A DNA stretch of 61,162 nt, from NCBI GenBank assembly GCA_021432655.1, contig MU271200.1:114159-175320 (forward strand), given 5' to 3'. A model generated the notes under the pieces. The model made no database searches and was not told the origin of the DNA. It saw only the letters and a list, made by a program, of their open reading frames with translations. This stretch comes from Atractiella rhizophila. Its lineage: Eukaryota. The position numbers and the translations under genes were made by a program. The stretch's first letter is position 1, and the number at the start of each line of letters is the position of its first letter. Below, piece after piece: positions 51,645-61,162 of this stretch.

Positions 51645-52180
51645 TCATGGGTCAACACAAACAGCCTTCCCAGGCTCTCCATGACACAAACCCTCAAAGT
51701 TGTTATCAGGCGTCCCGCACCAGTAAGGGAACGTCTGAATTCCGCCGACGATGCACGAGATTGTTTTTTCGTCAACGCACTGTCCATTGCCGGAAAGGAA
51801 AGATTTAGGCTAAGGACGGAAGAAGAGTTGGGGACTTACGGTACAGCCGTCCTCTAATGCGCGCTTAGAGGGCGAATCAACGCACACGGCTGATCCTGCA
51901 GGACCTTCGCAGACTCCCTGGGTACACATTCGTCAGAGCGTTCTTAGGAATGGAGTAGAGGAGTGAGAGCCGTACCTCGAAGTTGTTGGAGGGAACGGCA
52001 CACGAATACGGGAAGGTCTGTATTCCGTCCACGATACAAGAGATGACTGTGGCGCTCGTGCACTGTTTCAATAACTCAGACGAGATGAGCGGAAGTAGAG
52101 GACGAGAAACGAACGGTGCAGACTTCGTCAGCGAGGACGATGGAGGACAGGAGAGCAAGAGTGAGTGCAAGGTACTTCAT
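51645..52180 (-). CDS. 121-aa secreted precursor with two tandem 6-Cys domains separated by a KR site
   Basis: Exons 52180-52115, 52062-51976, 51917-51840 and 51779-51645 (all phase 0, GT-AG) give MKYLALTLALLSSIVLA DEVCTCTSATVISCIVDGIQTFPYSCAVPSNNFEGVCEGPAGSAVCVDSPSKR ALEDGCTCVDEKTISCIVGGIQTFPYWCGTPDNNFEGLCHGEPGKAVCVDP*. Confidence 0.85.
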
Positions 52181-53361
52181 GTTTCCAGTTATTTGTAATA
52201 GACGAAGTTGATGGTGCTTTGGGAGCGACGTCTGGACTGGAAGACGTCTTATATAAGTATTCACTCGAACTGTGGGCTGTCAGCCTTCAGCCAACATGCG
52301 AAACGTAACAAGGTGTGAAAGGTGGTTAGGCATCCCCATTCCTATGACCGAGGAGTGTTAGTCGTGACAGAGCATGCGGACGGGTGAGGATATTCCTCAA
52401 GGCTTTTGATTGAAGATCCCTTCAAAACAACTCGGGACTGCTTTGGACTGTGGACGAACAGGGAACGGCTAACAGGAAACAGGAAAGGCTCAAGGTGCTT
52501 CCCATGCTCTAAGTAGACTCTGGCTCACTGGCAACGGCGGAACACCTAGACTCTAAAGTCCAAACGGGATGGCTGTGACCGACTCCTCGTCTCAAACCAT
52601 GATTCGGACTAGAAATGTCAGCGTCTTTGCTTGCTCGAGTAAATCATGCGCGCACATAATATATTATTTGCAAAACCGACGCACCAGCCAAGCCTCGAGT
52701 TACGTTTCTCGAAACGAATCGACACGACTCGAATGAGTTGCACACAACGGACTGGAAGGTTCCACTCTTGATGGTAAGATATCTTTGTAAGCCATCCTGA
52801 CCAAGTCGTTTTAATAATCTCATGGAAATATAACTTGATGGAAACCTGAGTAAATGCTGCCACGGTCTTTGAGATAATCACAATCAAACAGCTCCACATT
52901 GAGCTACTGTCAGGCTCAAACTGACACTGTAGTACTCCGAGTCTCTCAAAGATGGAATAACAACGCATGGGGACACAAGGAATGATGGATCCTGAACGAG
53001 AACATGTGGCTCCCAATTTCTCCAAGTGAGATGTCATGAAGAGAAACTCCATGATCTTAGCACAAAAATAATGGTTGATGCTCGCCACGGTGTCAAGATG
53101 AACATATAGTATTTTGTGATTGTCATCCTGGAATTTGAGCAAGCGCACAACATCGCACTGTTATTTCTGCACAGAAATCTCACCCAGCAGCTTCCCGAGT
53201 CCGTTCAGCCGTTCAGCAAGTATCCAACGCATCTCTCCCTCCTCCATTTCATCACACCACTCTCGTTTGGTGGTTTTGTTCAACATCTACTTCAACTCCA
53301 CGCCCAACCAGAAAGCCACACAAAACCACGACGAAACGACTGAAAACGACACATCTACACG

Positions 53362-55310
53362 ATGTCGCACTTGCGGTGAGCCAACATCCCTGACACGTAA
53401 TCGTAATGCATAGCTAATGTGAATCCAGCAGCTCCTCGCGCAAGCGTTCCTTCTACTCGCCCTCTCCCTCGCCCTCGCCTCCTCAGCCGCCCGCGCGTGC
53501 CTTCCACAGCATCAACATCGCCAGGTCCGACTGGCTCCCGACTCCCCCGACGCGCGAGAAGCAGGGTGCGTGGGAGTGGATCAAGGGACGACGGAGGCTC
53601 GTGTTCGGCGGTGTCGTGCTCTTCCTCTTGTTGCGCTTATGGGTCTCCTCTTCTCCTTCTCCTTCTCCGCCTCCTTCTTCATCTCCCCCGCCGCTGTCGC
53701 AGTCCAACACAACTGCGACCATACCTCCCACAGCGTTGCAGCTGATCAAGCCTACACCTGTGCCCCTCCTCCGGAAAGCAAGACCTCCTCCCACTCCGCC
53801 AGATCCGAACGAGAAATACCTCTCTTACCTCCCGCACAGCGGGTTCCACAACCAGCGCATCTCACTCGAGAACGCGCTATCCCTTTCCCTTCTCCTCAAT
53901 CGGACTCTCCTCCTGCCTCCCGTGTGGTTGGGGACAGCCATTCCGTATATCAGCTACAGCAAAATGTACGATCGATTGCGCGCCGCGAGCAAGAAGGGAT
54001 TAGAAGGGTGCAAGCGGGAGAGGGGATTGAGTAGGGAGTGTGTAGGGTATTGGGACTGGACCATGGTCGGTTGGGAGACTTTCGTTGATCTCTCAGGATA
54101 TGAGGAGCAAGGAGGAAGGGTCGTGGATTGGTGGGAGTTTTCGGAGTCTTGGATTGGGGAGAAGTTGGGGGTAGAGCGCGAAAGAAGCCTCTCTAGTTCC
54201 TATAAGGCCATACAGAAGATCTTACAGGAACAAGGGAGCTTGGTCGGGAATGGAGACGTGTTTGAAGTCTGGGATGAGAAGCTATACCAATTCCGCATAT
54301 CCAGCGTCTCTCCCTCCACACTCTCTGCCCTCTCCACCATTCCCCCACCCTCCTCACCTCCAACACCACCACCCACCGGTCTTTCTTCCAGCCTCTCCAC
54401 CGCCGAAGACAGATACTACATCTACAACAAATACCTATCCGTCCTACCACTCAGCGACCTCAAAGAGCGGACAAAAGACCACGCCCTCCTCGCCCTCGGA
54501 ACACTCTTTGGGACCACTCGCCTCCACTTCTTCCCCCGCTCCTCTCCCGAATACTCCGCTCGCTCCCTCGCTCGCAAGACCATGGTGTTCAACAATCCCG
54601 GACTCAAGAAGGTCGCGGACGAGATCGCGTCGACCTTACGCACGTTCGCTGCTCGTCAAGCCCAGGGACGAGGTGGTGGGCAAGAGGGGTATTGGGCTGT
54701 TCATTTGAGAGTTGGGGATGGCAAGTTTAGAGAGTATAAGGAGAAGAACGCGTTGAGAGTGTTTGGAGAATTGTTGAGCGAGATGGGTGTCTCCAATGCC
54801 ACCAAGGAGGAGTTGGTGGATCGGTGGAGGAATGGAAGACAGGACGGAGAGGAGAAGAGGACAGATGGGAAAATAAGTCGTCCTTTCAAGCTGCTCAAAA
54901 GGCTAGTCGGTTTCCAAGCAGAGAAAGAGCAACAACAAGAGCCCAAGCTCGTCTGTCGCTCTCCCCCACACTCGCCATCCCACCTCCTCCCCTTCAACCG
55001 TCCCCTCTTCATCGCCACCGACTCGCCCACCCTCCACGACCGCGCCCTCGAGCTCTTCACCACCGCCTTCCCCTGCGTCTTCACCCTCGCCGACTTCTCC
55101 ACCCTCCAGTCGTACCGCGAAGTCGTGGAGGGATGGTACGTCGAAGCGGATGGCGTCGCGCTGGGTCCGATGATGCCCCCGTTTTTGGATGCGATGGTCG
55201 CGGCGAGAGGAGAGGCGATCGCGGGCACGCCGGAGAGCACGTTTTCCAAGTTTGCGACAGATGTTTTGTGGAGGGTCGAGAGGGGATTGGAGATCGTGGA
55301 GCGCGGTTGA
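53362..55310 (+). CDS. O-fucosyltransferase-like type II membrane glycosyltransferase
   Basis: A short exon MSHLR and an intron precede a TM segment and Pro-rich stem, then EKYLSYLPHSGFHNQRISLENAL, LLNRTLLLPP, YWAVHLRVGDGKF, LFIATD and GTPESTFS. Confidence 0.85.
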
Positions 55311-55533
55311 TCGGAATGGTTCAAGCGGAGGAGGGAATGAGCCTTCAGGGAAAGGTTTAGGTGGTTTGGGAATGCTTAGATCTTCGTGGTAGATATTTTC
55401 GTTACTTAGTTTGAGGAGAGTACAAGTTGGTGACTCAAAAGTGCATATTCAGCTAGCATGTTTATCGTATTCCAGGTCTGGGTTAGTTGCTGGGTTATAC
55501 CATGTCGTGACAGTCCTCTATCTATGAATCTAT

Positions 55534-57607
55534 CTAATCAAACTTGATCTTCTTCGCTGTCCCTTTCACGTCATCCCTATTGCGCCATGGAAGCCAATGT
55601 CGTCAATAAATGCACTCTGACTGACTGAGGGAAAGGGATGGACGACTAACCGGAAATGGTTGCCATATGAAGAATGCACCTTCTTCTTTATTGTGGTTCC
55701 CCATTGAAACAGGTCCTCAGGAGGTTCTATGTCACCCAACCACGTTAGAAGCGCATCAGTGGGAGGAGGATGAGATGCTTACCCTGTCCAGCATCCTTGA
55801 TCACACGAATCAGCTCGCCGGCGTGTGATGAATCCTCGGAAGTGAAGAAAGTCACACTCTTGCCCTTCCTACCCGCTCGTCCACAGCGACCGATGCGATG
55901 TATATAGTCCTTCACGCAGACAGCTCAATCAGTATTGATATGAAGCGCGAGAGGAACTGAATCACTTCGATGGTCAGGGGGAAAGTGACGTTAATGACCA
56001 CCTCAACGTTTGGAACGTCAAGACCGCGAGCGGCGACGTCTAAGAAACATTTCTAGTCAGCAGAGTGAAAACGAGAGGTCGTGCATAGGTGACGCACCTG
56101 TGGCGACGAGAAGAAGGGTGCGACCTGCACGGAAATCCTCGAGAGATTTTATTCGTGCATCTTGCGACATGTCGCCATTAATGCATCCGACAGAGTAACC
56201 TTTGCTGTTGAGCATATTGTACAGCCTTGTAGCCTGCAATTGTTGAGGCCATATAACGTCAATAAGAGTAGCAAAGCTGGAAGCAATACGCACCTCTTTC
56301 TTGTACAGAGCGAAGATGAGCGCCTTCTTGTCAGCCTTGCCCTTCCCAGGTTTGAAACCCTCCTCCTGTAACGACTTTACGAGTCTGGTCTCTTTTTGTC
56401 TCCCATCACTCAGAACATGTACGACCATCTGGACGTCTTCGTTCGCCCTCAACTCATCCACGCCAACGGTCACTCGCACTGCTCCATCCCTCATGAAATT
56501 CTCGCAAAGTCGCCTCACTTCCATCGGCCAGGTAGCGGAGAACATGGCGGTTTGCCTCTCCTCCTTTCCCTTACAATGAGATACGATCTTTTCCAAATCC
56601 ACTTGAAAGCCCTTCTCCAACAATCGATCCGCCTCATCCACCACAAGATAACAAACGTTCGACAAATCCAAGTTGCCTTCGTTGACGAGATCATTGATCC
56701 TCCCAGGCGTCCCAACGACAATTCGCTTGCCCTCTTTGAGCGCCTGGACCTGAGGAGGCTTCGGGACACCGCCGTAGATGCAGATGGTTTCGGGAGCAAA
56801 AGAAGGGAGGAGATCGTTGATGTTCTGTTGGATCTGAATGGCGAGTTCGCGCGTTGGTGACAGCACTAGGAGGGCTGGCTTTTTATCCTTCCCTTTCCCG
56901 CTCCTGGAGGAGGAAAGGAGGGAAACGAAAGGAAGGGAGAACGATAGCGTCTTCCCACTTCCGGTCTTCGAGATACCAATCAAGTCGTGTCCTGCGAGGA
57001 GGAGGGGAAATGTGATGCTTTGGATAGGAGTCGGTGCTGTGAAACCCTTTAGTTCCCATCAATGAGTCGATCAAGTGTGAAGATAGAAATGGAAGCACAC
57101 CTCAACTCCCTTAAGCAACGAATCAGAGACTTTCCCTTTCAGCCCTTCGAACTTGCGAATCGGGGTAAAAGTACTTGAAACGGCAGGAGGATCGAAAGAA
57201 ATCCGTGATTCCTCGAAATACGTGGAGTAATCTTCAGTTGGTGCTTCGATGGCGACTTTTGTCTTCTTCGGCGAACCGTCATCCCCTTCTTCAACACGTT
57301 TCCGCTTTTTATCTTTCTTCCTCTTCGAATCTTCAGTGGCACCGTTCGCATCACCATTAGCCTCGTTCGCTACCTCAACAGGAGATTCTTCAACGATCAC
57401 ATTCTCCTTCCCGTTCGTTTCCGCTTTCTTCGCTTTCTTTTCAGCCTTCCGTGCCTTCTTCTCCTCCTTTTTCAAACGCATTTCATCCTCCTCCTCCTTC
57501 GAGCCCTTCAACTTCAAAAGATCACTCGTTGTTGAGAGCGCTTTGGAAGCCTGCTTTTTCACCCTTTTCTCTTCCTTTCGCTTCTGCTTTTTCGTGTCCA
57601 CTGACAT
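55534..57607 (-). CDS. DBP3: DEAD-box RNA helicase Dbp3
   Basis: Lys-rich N-terminus, [70 protein letters not shown]. Confidence 0.93.
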
Positions 57608-58022
57608 GTCAAGATCTAGGTTCAACAGTTGGGTATTCCGTTACTGGTATTAATGATTCTAGGCTTTCTATAAGGTGACGGGAGGAAGTAACACTGTATC
57701 CTGCGCGGCTCACTCAATTTTTTTGAATCGGTTGTTGATGATTGTTCCTGCAGGGCATGTGACATGACTCTTACCATGGAAACTGACACAGGATAAGCTA
57801 TCCGAAAGTCACAAAATAAAGATGGGATGGGTTGATAACCTGACTTGTGGGAAACTCCTTCCAATGACATGAACTTAGTGGGATGGAAGAATGGGCAGAA
57901 ATGGGAAGAAAATTGCAGGACACTCAAGAAAATTTAACTACTGCGTGCAGATCGTACTGATAGCTTTCGCTATACCACAAACAAACGACAAAACATGACG
58001 AAGTCGAAAAGAACACAGCTAC

Positions 58023-59896
58023 TCAGGGCAGACGAGTTGAGGAAGTTCGGCGCCCATAGTTATGTACCTTGACCTTGTTTGGATATTCTTCCTCCGTGAC
58101 CTTCTCGAAGTCGTGGATGAACGCAGAGATATCGTCCGTAGCTTTAGACATAAACTTCAGCCTCATCCTATAGGCTGAGATCAGCTTTTCGTCGGAGAGA
58201 TAGTATTCTGAATCCCTCGTAGGCTTCAGACAATCTCGGTCGAAGTTATACCACCGACCGACTTCTCGACTCAGATACAGGTAGATAAGACCGAAGGCAT
58301 CATACACGTCCTTGATGATGGCGTCAATGATGCTACGCGAGGCGTGCTGGGGAAGATTTCGTTTCGTTGGCCAACTATTATCCGTCACGAGCTTTAGGGG
58401 GAAGGCGGATTGAGAAGTAAGCTGCAATTCGGCTAACGAAAGAGAGGTCAGAAACAACTATGATGACGGGAGATCTACCTTTTGAAAGTCGCTTGAATTT
58501 CAGCCATCGTAAAATTTTTCGACGAGGAGGTAACATAGATGGGCTGATAGACGATGAGCTGTCGATGGAAGATGAGGAGACATGATCCAGTAACAAACTC
58601 ATGGTCAGAAAAAGCGTTCCCTCCTTCCAAACTGACTCTAACCAAAGGATAACCTCTCTGAGAGAATGTTCATCTCCTGCCAAGCTGTCGGTACTGTTGC
58701 ATATGTCGGTACGATTGAGCTTTTGTTGATTAATCAAGTCGACACAAAACGCGGACCATTTCTGACGGAAGAGCTGATAGGCGGAGAGAGCGATAAGAAA
58801 GGAATATCGCATGCCGTGAAGGACTAGATGTAGTTCTAAAGGTAAGCGTTCCCATTTGTTTCGCACTTCCTCGTCGAACCATTTGAGCACCTGCGAAAGG
58901 AACTGGAAGAGGTAGAGCGGAGTGTGCACGATCTCTTCCATGGTGAGAGCAGCATGGGGCTCATTGCAGACGAAGGTCGGTCTTAGCGCTTGAATCTACC
59001 TCCTCATTAAACCCTGCGCATGAGCACACGAAGTCCTCACCTCTTGTGACGGCTCTTTTTACCCGTACGTCAGCTGTGTTTTCCGTATGGGACGCTACTT
59101 ACTACGAAGTACGGGGATAGGCTGAAAAAGGTCCCTTCGATATTGTGAAACTGTCAACGGAAACTGGTACTCGCTGAGTCGGCGGTAGCTCTGCTGACAA
59201 GATGCCCATCCATCTGCGAACGCGACGAGTTGTTCCTCTTTGAGTTGCTTGATGTTTGGCCGAATACTCCGAAAGTCAGAAGAGATCTTGGACCAAAAGT
59301 GATAACACGAAGCAAATAAGTGCCGCAGTCGAGTAAAATGTCCAGAAAGTCGTTGGATTCCAGCTCCTAAAGTCCATTTAGTTCTCTGCAGACTCGTGCA
59401 ATTTAAGCGTACCAATTCTGCCAAGACGAGAATTCATGCGTCGATAGAACAATATATGGCGTGTTATTTGGACTCTGAGATTTGCGGCTTCGGCAGTGAA
59501 GGCTTGTTCGAGATTCTCGCCTGCCTCACTCAGCTTTCCCAAAAGCGTGTCACACAAAGCAAAATGTGCCACAACATGTGCAAAACGATTGTTAGTAACT
59601 GTCGCCCATAATTTAGAATTCTTGTCGCTCCATTGCCGCGGTTCGAAGGTCGCAAAAGAATTTGTCAATTTATCAGCATCCATGAAGCACCACCCAAAAA
59701 TTTGAGAGAGTAGAAGCAATAGATAGCGCAAGTCGAACATTAGGACAGCCGTCGGTGGAGGGGAGACACAAAACACACTGTGCAAGCCAGAATCAATGTC
59801 GTCTAAGGACTCGACCAGATCGAAAAGCACATGCTCGAGGGATCTGAGCAATTCAGCATGTTCCTCAACCAAGTGGGGTGAAAATACTGAGCTCAT
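58023..59896 (-). CDS. Hypothetical multi-exon orphan protein
   Basis: A chain of same-strand ORFs (59378-59896, 59095-59424, 58378-58941, 58023-58457) has protein-like helical composition but no recognisable motif. The splice structure was not resolved. Confidence 0.45.
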
Positions 59897-61162
59897 GAGA
59901 AGTAGAACTGAGGAGCTGTCTCTTGATGGTGTTCTGGATGGATCATTCCCTTCGGTTCAATGGTCACAGAAAGAGTTGAAATACTTGTCGAACTCTAAAG
60001 CGATCATATTTAACGTTGTATGACAAAGATCAGCTAACCTAGATTTTCATTGTTAATACATCAGAAGAGGGTTCCGAAAGCTATTTTGAAACTGCTAGAG
60101 CACAAAGGGGACAAATAAATCACTGTTGTAAATCTAATAAACCATTTCCCTTGGATGCTTGTATTCTTCACAGCGACCGTTCTTTAGATTTACGACCAGA
60201 ATAGATACGTTCGAAACCTAAAAACCTGATGGCCTGATGCCCCACCTCTTTCATTTATTAGAACTCATCCTGTTCCTATCTTTGTAATTTTTTACACTTG
60301 CTCAGTGATAAAAAAAAATTCATGCGGATTAACCGAATTTCTAGCATCGCAGACTTGGAGAATGTGACCATGGAAGCTCTCAGAGCAGCAGAAAAAATTG
60401 TGATAGTCGATCAGGAAAAGCATTTCGACGCCTGGTATCCAAATCTTATGAAGCTTCGACACTGGAGTGAAAGGTTCGCTGTTTAACCCAACTGATTTTA
60501 GTTGGTTTTTGGCAGGACTGAACATGTCAGCAAAGATTTCAGGATCAAGGTTGCAGAAGTGTTACATCTGTCTGAAAAGTCGCTTTACAGCTGGCTGGAC
60601 CGCAAGATATATGCTACTATCTACATTGTTGAAGCGAATGTCGACAAATGACGGAGATTGTTGGCGCCACCGAAAAGGCAGCGCAAAAATCTGTAGAAAT
60701 TATCTAAACCATCAACAAGACGGCAGATGATGGAAAATTGTTGCGCATATTGGATCACTGATGCCGTTTGACTTTAGAATCAATACAGCTAGAGGGCTCA
60801 GTGCTACACGGAACGCATCTTCTTCGGCACTGCTGCGATGCTCGCGCTCACTTCTGAACGATCTGTGCTCCATTCTCAGGAACAGAAGGTATCTGCCATC
60901 AAGAAGCTGTTTAAGCCTTTGGGCGCTTTGGTACGTGATGCAAGCTCCCTTGTTCTCACTTGATGAGAGTATGGAGTAGTTCAGACGCCGATATTGGTCG
61001 TCGTACTATGAGCCTCCTTTTCAACATCAACACATCGCAGACAGCCATCAAAGAGTCCCGGGGAGCTGAAATGAACGCATTGGTTGGATTTACGAAGCTT
61101 TGATACTTCGTCTCCCCTCGTTCCACGCCAGTTGACACATTCCCGCCGCCAACCTCACTACC

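Noticed and set aside
52618..53148. 176-aa minus-strand ORF between the Cys-rich gene and the glycosyltransferase
   Set aside because: It has no recognisable motif or splice support, so it is probably a chance intergenic ORF.

Overview
Intron-dense fungal genomic DNA, basidiomycete-like (probably Pucciniomycotina; this is an inference), with introns mostly 45-65 bp. Genes from left to right: a partial mitochondrial PPR-like gene, a GH92 alpha-mannosidase, a tandem family of 8-exon small secreted proteins (two near-intact copies plus a degenerate one), BCP1, a Ste7/Fuz7-type MAPKK, two divergent aldo-keto reductases, eRF1 (SUP45), mitoferrin (MRS3/4), MKT1, an Mgr3-like gene, a Dia2/Pof3-like TPR-F-box-LRR gene, an Rrn5-like gene, a 121-aa secreted precursor of two 6-Cys peptides separated by a KR site, an O-fucosyltransferase-like gene, DBP3 and orphan ORFs. 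The most striking structure is 14016-20528, a 6.5-kb mirror copy (reversed, not complemented) of 2545-9144 that sits beside a 25-N gap. Internal evidence indicates an in-silico reversal of a second allele rather than biology. Several tandem duplications (two 95-bp overlaps and three 1-3 kb blocks, each joined through a single A) also look like assembly artefacts. The best genuine biological candidates are the double Cys-rich peptide precursor, the secreted-protein array and the MAPKK with eight repeated basic-Pro motifs.
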